Assembly: GCF_006345805.1 (NCBI RefSeq)
Contig: NC_043021.1
Location: 19,964,001-20,028,000 of the forward strand
DNA length: 64,000 bases
Source: Octopus sinensis
Taxonomy: Eukaryota
Direction: 5' to 3'
Shown here one piece after another: positions 13,066 to 25,573 of this stretch. The position numbers and the translations under genes were made by a program. The notes under the pieces were generated by a model. It saw only the letters and a list, made by a program, of their open reading frames with translations, searched no databases and was not told the DNA's origin. How positions within the stretch are numbered: the stretch's first letter is position 1; the number at the start of each line of letters is the position of its first letter.

Positions 13066-13546
13066 ACAAACTAGTGAGGAACTTATCAGCTTTGAATGAA
13101 TCAATGAAATCTATGTGGACATAGGCGCAGGAGTGGCTGTGTGGTAAGTAGCTTGCTTACCAACCACATGGTTACATTAAACAATGTAATACTTACATTG
13201 TTTAATAAAATGAAGTAGCATGAAACGATTGTACTACACTACCTTGGATATCCTTGTTGCTTATTTTGATTATACATGTGTGTGTGTGTGTGTAAGGCAT
13301 AGAAAGGACAGTTAATTCTGAAAAATGGCTCACATTACTCACATGATATTAGGTGAAACAAACAGAGAGAAATAAATATCTCCTAAAATAAAGGCAGGGA
13401 TATAAAGAGGAAATTTAAACAATCACAAAATTTACCACCCACTAAAAGAAAAACAAAAAAAGCAAACAAACCAGAAAACAAAACACACACAAAAAAAATT
13501 ATATATATTAGTCCAAAAGTGGAATATATATTATTTGTTTGTTGCC
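13066..13546 (+). repeat. Donor copy of a 481-bp inverted duplication (partner 18230-18710)
   Basis: Reverse complement matches 18230-18710 with only about 2 substitutions seen; includes a 5' fragment of SINE A. Confidence 0.92.
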
Positions 13547-15068
13547 TAAAACAAAGAATCCTGCCCACAATATTTGGTTTTCTTGTTTTTTATTCCTTGC
13601 ACAAAATCACTGTATTCTATTTTTTAATTGGTTTGTACTTTTGTACACTGATACAGCCATGTGCCTGTGAAGGTGCATGGCTCAGTAGTTAGATGATGAT
13701 GATGATCTATGCTAGTTTTGCCTGCCTTCTGTTGACCCTGCCCCACAACTAAAAACTACAAACTAATGCACTTATCAAGAGCTTCATCACATATTGTACA
13801 CTGACACCCACAAATTGCTGACTACACAAGGGAATGGAACAACTGACAAAGAAAGACCACTTGAGCATTTAAGAGGGGCACTGTTGTGCAGAAACTTCCC
13901 CTCTTACAATCTCTGCCACTCTACGTACAACAAACTCCAAACACCGAGATGTCCCCAACAGCCCAGAATACAACTGCACCCCAGAACATTACTGCATGCC
14001 ACATGGCCGTGTCATTATGATGTTTGCTTCATGATTGCATATTTCTGTGTTTGATTCTACCACGTGACATCTTGGACAAGTGTCTACAACCATGGCTTAG
14101 GGTTGACTGAAGACCCGCAAGTGAAACTGGGGAAGCCCGTTGGGCTGTATCTTTTCTCAGGTGGAACACTTTACCTGTCACTCAATTTAACACCATCACT
14201 AACTAAGCCCTTCCTCAGAAAACCTTTGATCAGAGTTGACTTCAAACTCAACAAGTATCTAAGGTATGCCCTTGAGACAGCCACTACATCAGGTAAGGGC
14301 AACCTCTTTTGAGAAGCAGGCTGCATGAGAGATGTCTCATGAGAAGTGGGCTGCATGAAACATCTCACCATCAAGTGGGCTGCACTAGGCCATTTTTTTT
14401 ATTAGAAAATCCTGTGGGTTACAGTTTGTCCACAGCTGCTAACATCACCATTTAATCCGTTACAAATAGACACACATGGATTCCAAAACATATCTTTGAC
14501 CAGACTCCTGTTCAGGTGGAGGAGAAAGGAGCTGATTGTTCTCAGACAGGAGGAAGTAGACAAACAAGGAGGGAAAAGAAACAAAAGTTTGGTATCTCAC
14601 CCTTGCACTCTGCTACTGGCTCCATGTAAGTCAACCCTGTGGAGTGAGAGAGAAACAGAATTTAGTATGACTTTAGGTAGGGTAAGACAGCTGAATTAAA
14701 TCTACCATGAAACATTGTGCTTGTGCAGGCTCTGGGACCGGCAGAGAACCACTGATTGATACACTAGAAATCAGTAACCAATGATACTATTGTTCACAAA
14801 ATATGAAAATAAATTCAGTTTCCTTATCAACTCTGCTCCATTTTCTGTCAGTGGAACAGCAGAATTGGTAAAGCAGCAGACAAAATTGTGTTTGGTATTT
14901 AGTAGCTTCCATTTTTGCCATCATTTCAGATTTCAATTTTCACAAAGGTTGTCCTGGTGTTGATAAAATAAAATAGAAAAATGCCTGTAATTGAGTGCTA
15001 AACCTGCATAACCCACCAAAATAACATGTGATCTGGAACAAAAACTAGAGATCATCCATAACATCATT

Positions 15069-15537
15069 TTAACCCTTTCGTTACCAACCCAGCTGAAACC
15101 GGCTCTGGCTCTGAGTACAAATGTCTTGTTTTCATAAGTTTTGAATTAAAATCTTCTGCCAAACCTTAGTCACAATTTATGTTCCTAACACTAGCTGAAT
15201 GATAACTAAGTTATTTTACTAAATTCTTTGTTATATTTAAAGTAATTGCAGGAAACAGAGAGCATATCAACAGAAATATGGTAACAAAAGGGTTAACAAA
15301 TGATTAATTTAACCCTTTTGTTACCAACCCAGCTGAAACCGGCTCTGGCTCTGTAGTACAAATGTATTGTTTTCATAAGTTTTGAATTAAAATCTTCCAC
15401 CAAACCTTAGTCACAATTTATGTTCCTAACACTAGCTGAATGATAACCGAGTTATTTTACTAAATTCTTTATTATATGTAAAGTAATTGAAAGAAACACA
15501 GAGCATCTCAAAATAGATACAGTAATGAAAAGGTTAA
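15069..15537. mobile_element. Two tandem piggyBac-like MITEs (family P2; 15069-15296 and 15309-15537)
   Basis: Each has TTAA-CCCTTT(C/T)GTTACC ... GGTAACAAAAGGG-TTAA termini (right TIR of the second copy is decayed). Confidence 0.8.
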
Positions 15538-16602
15538 TGCTCACTTTTCTCATGCTGGTGTTTGGAAGAGAAATAAAGATAAAATTTTTGATGGAAGGTT
15601 TCAACGTGGGTTGCTTTAAAACAGGGAATTTGTATCAAAGGGCCAAGGTTTGCTATTGGATGTGGTAGTATCAAAAGGGATAAAATGTTAGCTATTAATT
15701 ACTGGTATGAAATTGTTTTGGAATTAATACTAATACAAGTACATGGGTAGGTGGTATGAGGCTTGCTTCCCAACCACATGGTCCTAGGTTCAGTCCCACT
15801 ATGTTACACCCTGGCCAGGTTGACAAAAGCTTTAGGAGTGGATTTGGTAGAAGGAAACTGAAAGAAGCCTATCTTATATATATGTGTGTGTGTGTGTGTT
15901 TGTCGCCACCCCCCGCTGCTTGACAACCAGTGTTGGTTTGTTTATGTCCCCATATCTTAGCGGTTCAGCAGAAGAGACCAAAAAGAATAAGTATGAGGCT
16001 TTAAAAAAAAAAAAATGGAATCAATTCATTCAACTGAAAATTTCTTTAAGGCAGTGCTCCAGCATGGGTGCAGCCTAATGACTGAGACAAGTGGGGGAAA
16101 AAAAAAAAAGGGGGTTGGGGTAAGGGCTTGGAAACTGATTGTCCCAGAATGGGATTGGTGCTTGTTTTAAAGAACAGAGATAAAAATAGGGTATTGAATT
16201 TCAGATTTTCTAAACTGATCCCCTGATTACAGACACAATGAAGGATTAGTAACTAAACTTTGACTGCATAAACAAACTCGACACTCATACCAACTAAGAT
16301 AATGGAATTTAAGCCTTACTTTCTTCATTCCTTTCTTCACTTAAGCATAAAGACTATTTAAGTCTGTCAACTAAGTCCAAACAGAAGGATTTATTGGTGT
16401 GAGCAGGAGTTTCCATGGAGGAGTTTTTTCATTCATTTGATTAATTTCATTGTTCGAGAGGCTTGTTTTATATTTAAAACTTGAAAAATAATTTAACCCT
16501 TTAGCATTCAGATTGCTCAGTCAAATGTAATTCTTATTTATTCGCATCGATTTGAATTAATCATGCATTGTCTTGTGGCTTTGAGATTTCAATGATGTGG
16601 TG

Positions 16603-17190
16603 GGCCTCACAGAGGTAATAACCAAGACCTTTGGCATTATGTCGTGCTTGAGAAAAAGACCCATCAAGTCGAGCAAAATTGCAGTCATGGCAGATACTGG
16701 TGGCACGCAGAGTGGCACGTAAATGCACCCTGGTGTCATGTAAACACACCCTGGTGTCACGTAAATGCACCCTGGTGTCACGCAAATGGCACCCTGGTGT
16801 TACGTAATTGCACCTTGGTGTCACGCAAATGGCACCCTGGTGTCACGTAAATGGCACCCTGGTGTCACGTAAACACACCTTGGTGTCACGCAAATGGCAC
16901 CCTGGTGTCACGTAAACGCACCCTGGTGTCACGCAAATGGCACCCTGGTGTCACGTAAATGCACCCTGGTGTCACGTAAACGCACCCTGGTGTCACACAA
17001 ATGGCACCCATGCCAGTGGTATGTGAAAGCACCCATTACACGCTCAGAGTGGTTGGCATTAGGAAGGGCATCCAGCCGTAGAAACTCGGCCAAATCAAGA
17101 TTGGAGTCTGGTGCAGCCTTCCGGCATGCCAGCCCAGTCAAGCTGTCCAACCCATGCCAGCATGGACAACAGATGATGATGATGATGTGG
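16603..17190 (+). mobile_element. 5'-truncated RTE LINE 3' end (family R) carrying a 21-22-bp minisatellite
   Basis: Starts with degenerate GLTE..LEK coding remnant and ends with (GAT)n; inserted in a P1 MITE. Confidence 0.7.
16716..17010 (+). repeat. Minisatellite, unit (G)GCACCCTGGTGTCACG(T/C)AAA(T/C), ~13 copies
   Basis: Direct reading of tandem units. Confidence 0.92.
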
Positions 17191-17381
17191 CTGTTTATTT
17201 TTAGAATGACATTATAGGGTAGGTGTGAGAGGCCAGATCTGATCAGTTTGAACATGAAACAAGTAGAATATTTGAACTGGATATGGCTGGTTTAACCCTT
17301 TTGGCATTCAGATCACTCTGTCACATATAATGCTTATTTATTCACATTATAAATATCAATGGAAATAGTAGTTGTGATACC

Positions 17382-18225
17382 TGTGCCGGTAGCACATAAA
17401 AAGCACCATCCGAACGTGGCCGATGCCAGCGCCGCCCCGACTGGCTTCTGTGCTGGTGGCACATAAAAAGCACCATCCGAACGTGGCCGATGCCAGCGCC
17501 GCCCCGACTGGCTTCTGTGCTGGTGGCACATAAAAAGCACCATCCGAATGTGGCCGATGCCAGCGCCGCCCCGACTGGCTTCTGTGCTGGTGGCACATAA
17601 AAAGCACCATCCGAACGTGGCCGATGCCAGCGCCGCCCCGACTGGCTTCTGTGCTGGTGGCACATAAAAAGCACCATCCGAACGTGGCCGATGCCAGCGC
17701 CGCCCCGACTGGCTTCTGTGCTGGTGGCACATAAAAAGCACCATCCGAATGTGGCCGATGCCAGCGCCGCCCCGACTGGCTTCTGTGCTGGTGGCACATA
17801 AAAAGCACCATCCGAATGTGGCCGATGCCAGCGCCGCCCCGACTGGCTTCTGTGCTGGTGGCACATAAAAAGCACCATCCGAACGTGGCCGATGCCAGCT
17901 CCGCCCCGACTGGCTTCTGTGCTGGTGGCACATAAAAAGCACCATCCGAACGTGGCCGATGCCAGCTCCGCCCCGACTGGCTTCTGTGCTGGTGGCACAT
18001 AAAAAGCACCATCCGAATGTGGCCGATGCCAGCGCCGCCCCGACTGGCTTCTGTGCTGGTGGCACATAAAAAGCACCATCCGAACGTGGCCGATGCCAGC
18101 TCCGCCCCGACTGGCTTCTGTGCTGGTGGCACATAAAAAGCACCATCCGAATGTGGCCGATGCCAGCGCCGCCCCGACTGGCTTCTGTGCTGGTGGCACA
18201 TAAAAAGCACCATCCGAACGTGGCC
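17382..18225 (+). repeat. 67-bp tandem array, ~12.6 copies, inside a family-R LINE 3' UTR
   Basis: AAGCACCATC recurs at 17401, 17468, 17535 ... 18205 (exact period 67). Only two variable sites (AACG/AATG, GCGCC/GCTCC). Confidence 0.97.
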
Positions 18226-18229
18226 ATTG

Positions 18230-18710
18230 GGCAACAAACAAATAATATATATTCCACTTTTGGACTAATATATATAATTTTTTTTGTGTGTGTTTTGTTT
18301 TCTGGTTTGTTTGCTTTTTTTGTTTTTCTTTTAGTGGGTGGTAAATTTTGTGATTGTTTAAATTTCCTCTTTATATCCCTGCCTTTATTTTAGGAGATAT
18401 TTATTTCTCTCTGTTTGTTTCACCTAATATCATGTGAGTAATGTGAGCCATTTTTCAGAATTAACTGTCCTTTCTATGCCTTACACACACACACACACAT
18501 GTATAATCAAAATAAGCAACAAGGATATCCAAGGTAGTGTAGTACAATCGTTTCATGCTACTTCATTTTATTAAACAATGTAAGTATTACATTGTTTAAT
18601 GTAACCATGTGGTGGGTAAGCAAGCTACTTACCACACAGCCACTCCTGCGCCTATGTCCACATAGATTTCATTAATTCATTCAAAGCTGATAAGTTCCTC
18701 ACTAGTTTGT
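18230..18710 (-). repeat. Inverted copy of 13066-13546 inserted in the LINE 3' UTR
   Basis: Near-identical reverse complement; family-R sequence resumes at 18711 and ends in (GAT)n at ~18975. Confidence 0.92.
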
Positions 18711-19566
18711 GGCTGGCTTCCGTGCCGGTGGCACGTTAAAAGCTCCATCCGATCGTGGCTGATGCAGGACCCCCTGGCACCTGTGCAGGTGGCACGTAAG
18801 AAGCACCCACTACACTCGCGGAGTGGTTGGCGTTAGGAAGGGTATCCAGCTGTAGAAACTGTGCCAGATCAGACTGGAGCCTGGTGCAGCCCCTGGCTTC
18901 CCAGACCCCGGTCGAACCGTCCAACCAATGCTAGCATGGAAAGCGGATGTTAAACAATGATGATGATGAGGATGATTGTTTTGAATTAATCATGCATTGT
19001 CTTAGCTTTGATATTTCAAAGATGTGATTGTTTATTTTTACAACATTGTGGGGGTAGGTATGAGAGGCAGGATCTGGCTGGTTTGAACATAAAACAGGCA
19101 TGATATTTGGGCAGGAAACAGCTAGTTTAAATGTGAAAGGTTTAAAAGATTGGACTATGTAACAAAAACAAATGGCAGAGAGACAAAAAGTCAGTTACAT
19201 AGATCTAACATCCGAAGACAGACACAGGGCGAGGTAGATTACAAGAATTTAGAGAAAGAAATAGAAAGAAAACAAACGGTGGAGTGAAAAAAGAAGGAAG
19301 AGGGTTAAAACTGAACAACATGGTAAACAGGATAAAAAGTAAAAGTATGGTATGTCCGATTGTGTTATGTTGCTAAATTTAGTGGCTGTTTAAGCAGTGT
19401 ATTTGTGGATGGTTAATGCGTTGTATGAAGTACTGAAGAAGGAGCAAGAACTCCTGAAATATGTATATACACCCACCATCAATTGCATTGTTTACCTAAA
19501 CATATTCATATGTGAAACGTAATTTTTAGTGCTGGCTCTAATTTCTGTACAAAATCTGTAGAGATA

Positions 19567-19608
<42 letters not shown>

Positions 19609-20007
19609 CTCTTTTACTTGTTTCAGTCATTTGACTGCGGCCATGCTGGAGCACCGCCTTTAATCGAGCAACTCAACCCTGGGACTTATTCTTTTGTAAG
19701 CCCGGTACTTATTCTATCGGCCTCTTTTGCCGAACCGCTAAGTAACGGGGACATAAACACACCAGCATCGGTTGTCAAGCAATGCTAGGGGGACAAACAC
19801 ACTCACACAAACACACACACGCATATATATATATACATATATACGACAGGCTTCTTTCAGTTTCCGTCTACCAAATCCACTCACAAGACTTTGGTCGGCC
19901 CGAGGCTATAGTAGAAGACACTTGCCCAAGGTGCCACGCAGTGGGACTGAACCCGGAACCATGTGGTTGGTAAACAAGCTACTTACCACACAGCCACTCC
20001 TGCGCCT
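19609..20007 (-). mobile_element. Full-length family-A SINE
   Basis: Complete head (AGGCGCAGGAGTGGCTGTGTGGTAAG) to (AGTAAAAG) tail. Confidence 0.88.
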
Positions 20008-20256
20008 ATATATATAAATATATATATTTATTTATTTATTTATTTCCACACACGCACATAGACTACAGTTTTGTATTTACACTTAACAGTGTCACATGCC
20101 AAAACTATTTACATCTCACAGCTGAATATTTACTTATTTATATATAGACGTGCACATACAAAAGAATTTCTTTAACAATGCTGACTGAAATCTAAAATCT
20201 GGAAAGCCATACAATATAATAATAATATACCAGCAACTTATAGCCCGTCGTATATA

Positions 20257-20302
<46 letters not shown>

Positions 20303-20361
20303 ATGTGTGTGTTTGTGTATCTGTGTTTGTCCCCAGTAACTTATAGCCTGTCGTATATATG

Positions 20362-20412
<51 letters not shown>

Positions 20413-21389
20413 CATGTGTGTGTCTGTGTTTGTCCCCCTAGCATTACTTGACAACCGATGCTGGTGTGTTTATGTCCCCGTTACTTAGCGGTTCGGCAAA
20501 AGAGACTGATAGAATAAGTACTGGGCTTACAAAAGAATAAGTCCCGGGGGTCGATTTGCTCGATTAAAGGCGGTGCTCCAGCATGGCCACAGTCAAATGA
20601 CTGAAACAAGTAAAAGAGTAAAAAAAAAAAGAGTATGTAATATATTTATATCTATGTTTTATCGCCCCAGGCTAGGTACGTCCCACCTTCACCCCATCCT
20701 TACACACTTAACAACATCTTTGGCGCCACCTACCTTCCCGACCCACATCTGCCTTCACCTCCAATTGATATTTATGACTGATCATGCTCTCACCATAACA
20801 CGCACATTATATAAGGATAATAAGGATAAGCAGTTTTTATTCAGGATATCGTAAAGTTTCACGAACCCTAATTAATGTTCAAATCTAAATTGAAATAAAA
20901 CTAAAATGATATGCAATATTCCTTAATCAAATTTAATATACAAGTCTGCGAAAATTAGAGGATCTTGGTTCATTTAGCGTTGATTAGTCAAAGAATGAGT
21001 GGTGACTGTTGGCTTGACCAGAGCCAAACAACAACAAATGTAATTGGTGAGAAACTGGTCAGTGGTGTTAAATTAGTAACATTTAAAATCTCGTTAAGCT
21101 GACATCAGTAACCCTAATTAATCCAGATTAAAAGCGGTAGATATATAAATGTCAAGTGAGAAATTACAAATGGTGGGCAAAATTGTTTAAAATTAAACTA
21201 CTTTCAATGAAGAAGAATGAGATTTATACAGCTAATGACGCAGAAGTTATCACAACGAGATGGACGCCAAAAGGTAGTGGATTAGTAACGTTAGTGAATC
21301 CTCACCATCATTTAATGCCGACATTACCATGCTTGCATGGTGGGACAGAGTTTATTTGAAACAAATTTACAATGTCTGAATCAGCCCTT

Positions 21390-21890
21390 CTTATTTCTTT
21401 ATTGCCCACAAGGGGCTAAATATAGAGGGGACAAACAAGGACAGACAAATGGATTAAGTCGATTATATCGACCCCAGTGCGTAACTGGTACTTAATTTAT
21501 CGACCCTGAAAGGATGAAAGGCAAAGTTGACCTCAGCGGAATTTGAATTCAGAACATAACGGCAGACGAAATACCTATTTCTTTACTGCCCACAAGGGGC
21601 TAAACACAGAGGGGACAAACAAGGACAGACAAAGGAATTAAATCAATTACATCGACCCCAGTGCGTGACTGGTACTTAATTTATTGACCCCGAAAGGATG
21701 AAAGGCAAAGTTGACCTCGGCGGAATTTGAAATCAGAATGTAGCGGCAGATGAAATACCTATTTCTTTACTACCCACAAGGGGCTAAACACAGAGGGGAC
21801 AAACAAGGACAGACAAAGGGATTAAATCGATTAATCGACCCTAGTGCGTAACTGGTACTTATTTAATCGACTCCGAAAGGATGAAAGGCA
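21390..21890 (-). mobile_element. Tandem trimer of family-B SINE units
   Basis: Units of ~185 bp joined at GAAATAC|CTATTTC (21568-21581, 21752-21765). Confidence 0.85.
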
Positions 21891-22479
21891 AGTTTATGTT
21901 GATTCCTCTGCGGTACTGTTTTGCATTTATAATAAAATAAATCATTGTTTAGCGTCCGCTTTCCATGCTGGCATGGGTTGGACGGTGCAACTGGGTTCTG
22001 GGAAGCCAGAAGGCTGCACCAGGCCCAGTCTGATCTGGCAATGTTTCTACGGCTGGTTGCCCTTCCTAACACCAACCACTCCATGAGTGTAGTGGGTGCT
22101 TTTTACATGCCACTGGCACAGGTGCCAGACGAGGCTGGCAAACGGCCACGATCGGATGGTGCTTTTTACGTGCCACTGGCACGGAGGCCAGGCGAGGCAA
22201 GTATACAAATTATTAAAATAATAAAAAAAAATATACTACAGTACTAATTTTACTTCACAGATTTCCACCTATTGCAGGGGGTTTTGGAACATAACACCAA
22301 TGATAGTTGAGGGATTACGGCATACATATGGATTTGGTAGACAAAAATGGTGCATGGTTTAGTAGTTAGGACATTGGACTAATGATCATAAGATTGTGGT
22401 TTCGATTCCTGGACTGAGCAACGCATTGTGCTCAAATAGCAATAATGAATAATCCTGCGACAGGATTATACATATATAT

Positions 22480-22518
<39 letters not shown>

Positions 22519-23027
22519 CATATATATATACATATATATACATACATATATATATATACATACATACATATATACACACACACACACACACATGACAGGC
22601 TTCTTTCAGTTTCCATGCTCCAAATCTACTCAGAAGGCTTTGGTTGGCCTGGGGCTATAATTAATTGAAGGCACTTGTCCAGTGGATGTAATGCCATGTT
22701 GTGTTTAGTGAAGTGATGTTAGTGTTAGGAGTTCAAACACTTGCTAAACTTAACCTTATTGTTCATACTTCCAGGGTCAGGAAAAGATACAGCCAAGTAC
22801 TGTAGTTGATTTATACACAAAATTTGTGGTCTGTGCCAAAACTAGGACACGCAATATAACACTGATGTATTGCCAGAACTGGCAGAATGTCAGAGAAGTG
22901 ATTGTGGTCATTAAAATAAAAGAACCAGTCCTGTGCTAGAGTCAACATAACTGACAGCCCACTCCAATGAAATTTGTGGCCTTGTGCTTACTACATACAC
23001 ACCATATATATACATATATGTACTCTC

Positions 23028-23415
23028 TACTCTTTTACTTGTTTCAGTCATTTGACTGTGGCCATGCTGGAGCACCGCCTTTAGTCGAGCAAATCGACCC
23101 CGGGACTTATTCTTTGTAAGCCCAGTACTTATTCTATCGGTCTCTTTTGCCGAACCGCTAAGTGACAGGGACGTAAACACACCAGCATCGGTTGTCAAGG
23201 AATGCTAGGGGGACAAACACAGACACACACATACACATATATATACATATACGACAGGCTCCTTTCAGTTTCCGTCTACCAAATCCACTCACAAGGCATT
23301 GGTCGGCCCAGGGCTATAGCAGAAGACACTTGCCCAAGATGCCACACAGTGGGACTGAACCCGCAACCATGTGGTTGGTTAGCAAGCTACTTACCACACA
23401 GCCACTCCTGCGCCT
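23028..23415 (-). mobile_element. Full-length family-A SINE
   Basis: Complete head, body and tail. Confidence 0.88.
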
Positions 23416-23649
23416 GTATGTGTGTGTTTTATATATGTGTGTATGAATATATATGGAATTAGGACAACTATATCTGGATAATATTCTTAAGAGAAAGCAC
23501 AGCTAGGCAGGTGCAAATAAATAAATAATAATTATTAATCATTGCATTTGTGTGTCGGGCACAATTTTCTCATTCGGAGGTATAATTATAGTGATATAAC
23601 AAGATAAATCATATTTACTGGGTAATTGTTCTCACTAAGTAACAGATAT

Positions 23650-24045
23650 AGGCGCAGGAGTGGCTGTGTGGTAAGTAGCTTGCTAACCAACCACATGGTT
23701 CCGGGTTCAGTCCCACTGCGTGGCACCTTGGGCAAGTGTCTTCTGCTATAGCCTCAGGCCGACCAATGCCTTGTGAGTGGATTTGGTAGATGGAAACTGA
23801 AAGAAGCCTGTCGTATATATGTATGTGTGTGTGTGTTTGTGTGTCTGTGTTTGTCCCCCTAGCATTGCTTGACAGCCGATGCTGGTGTGTTTACGTCCCC
23901 GTAACTTAGCGGTTCGGCAAAAGAGACCGATAGAATAAGTACTGGGCTTACAAAGAATAAGTCCCGGAGTCGATTTGCTCGACTAACGGCAGTGCTCCAG
24001 CATGGCCGCAGTCAAATGACTGAAACAAGTAAAAGAGTAAAGAGA
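23650..24045 (+). mobile_element. Full-length family-A SINE (inverted relative to 23028-23415)
   Basis: Complete head, body and tail. Confidence 0.88.
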
Positions 24046-24531
24046 GAGAGAGAGTATTTGCATCCACATAGTTGGGCTTTGTCGTAATTTTCTCCTAATT
24101 AAGGAAACTGACCTGGAGACAACAATAAACATGTGTTTGTGTTGTGTTTGCTTATATATATATATGTGTGTGTGTATATCTAATATATGTATATCATCAT
24201 CATGATATATAAGCATATATCATCATCATTATCATCGTTTAACATCCGATTTCCGTGTTAGCACGGGTTGGACAGTTCGAACAGGGTCTGGGAAGCCAGA
24301 AAGCTACACCAGGCGCCAGTCTAATCTGATAGTGTTTCTACAGCTGGATGCCCTTCCTAACGCCAACCACACAGTGTGTGTATATAAATGTATATTCAAT
24401 ATATATATATATACACATATATACATATATATATATAGTGTGTGTGTTGCTTTTTGTTTTTCACGTGGCACCGGCAAAAGTGCCAGTCAGGCAATGTTGG
24501 TAGCATATATTTAATATATATATCATCATCA

Positions 24532-24609
<78 letters not shown>

Positions 24610-25160
24610 TATATATACATACATGCATACACAAAAGAAATAAGCACATAAATGCAAAACATTGGTGAAAAATAGTACTCAAATGACTGGCATCCATGCA
24701 AGTGGAGTGCTAAGACCACCATCTGAGTGTGATCGTTACCAGGGTCGCTGTTTGGCCCCCGTGCCAATGGCACGTAAAAGCACTCACTACACTTTTGGAG
24801 TGGTTGGCGTTAGGAAGGGCATCCAGCTATAGAAACTCTGCCAGATCAGATTGGAGCCCGGTGCAGCCATCTGGTTCGCCAGTCCCCAGTCAAACCATCC
24901 AACACATGCCAGATGTCATGATGGATCTAAGGTGTGGTCAGACTCTGCAGAAGGAGCAGACAACCATCATTATATGGACATTAATAAAATCACCACAATG
25001 TCCACTTTTCCATGCTCGCATGGGTCAGACTTACTTTGTTGAGGTAGATTTTCTATGTCTGGATGCTTTTCCTTTCACCAACCCTTACATGTATGTATCT
25101 GGGTGTTTGGCATTTGCCCCAGCTATTGGTTTCTTTATGTTCCCATAACTTAGCAGTTCA

Positions 25161-25573
25161 GGATCTTTTCGGTTTGAACGGCAGTTTTTTCTAGCGGTGT
25201 CATATGAAATTGTCACCCATAATTATGACCCTAGTATCGATCTATTGCATTTCAATCTGTTTTAGGGTTAGGGGTGGGGTGAAGGGTATCTTTTTTTCTT
25301 CAGAAATGTAAATAAACTCAATCTGTATCTTAAACGAGGAACATATTCATACGGCACAGAATGTTTTCACCTCAATAGACGTCATTGATTTGTTGAAATT
25401 GCAGAAATTGAAGAAAAAAAACCCAACAAATATCTTACAAACCATCGAATTTTCTCAATAAAGCCAAGTGAAAAAGATGTTTTATAAACACATTCTACCA
25501 GTATACGAAATTTAAAAGTGTTTAGTTACATGGAAATTATTTTAAAAAACTGCTGTTCAAACCGAAAAGATCG
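25161..25573. mobile_element. MITE with ~28-bp TIRs and 8-bp TSD (Merlin-like?), inserted in a decayed family-A SINE
   Basis: GGATCTTTTCGGTTTGAACGGCAGTTTTT ... AAAAACTGCTGTTCAAACCGAAAAGATCG; flanks GCAGTTCA / GCAGTTTA. Confidence 0.75.

Noticed and set aside
13383-13568. Hydrophobic 'membrane peptide' ORF, duplicated at 18151-18393
   Set aside because: T-rich low-complexity DNA inside the inverted duplication; no gene structure.
13780-14700. Moderately GC-rich segment with several 60-86-aa ORFs
   Set aside because: Stops in all frames, CpG-depleted and no identifiable homology; cannot be called.
17382-18225. CRISPR-like regular array
   Set aside because: Units are contiguous with no unique spacers; eukaryotic LINE UTR origin.
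17334-18257. Three overlapping ~300-aa minus-strand ORFs
   Set aside because: Products of the stop-free 67-bp array; the same peptide cycles through all three frames.
19773-20017. Recurrent short ORFs such as MSSNARGTNT.., MLGGQTQTH.., MTTDAGVF..
   Set aside because: Same frames recur in every family-A SINE copy; not genes.
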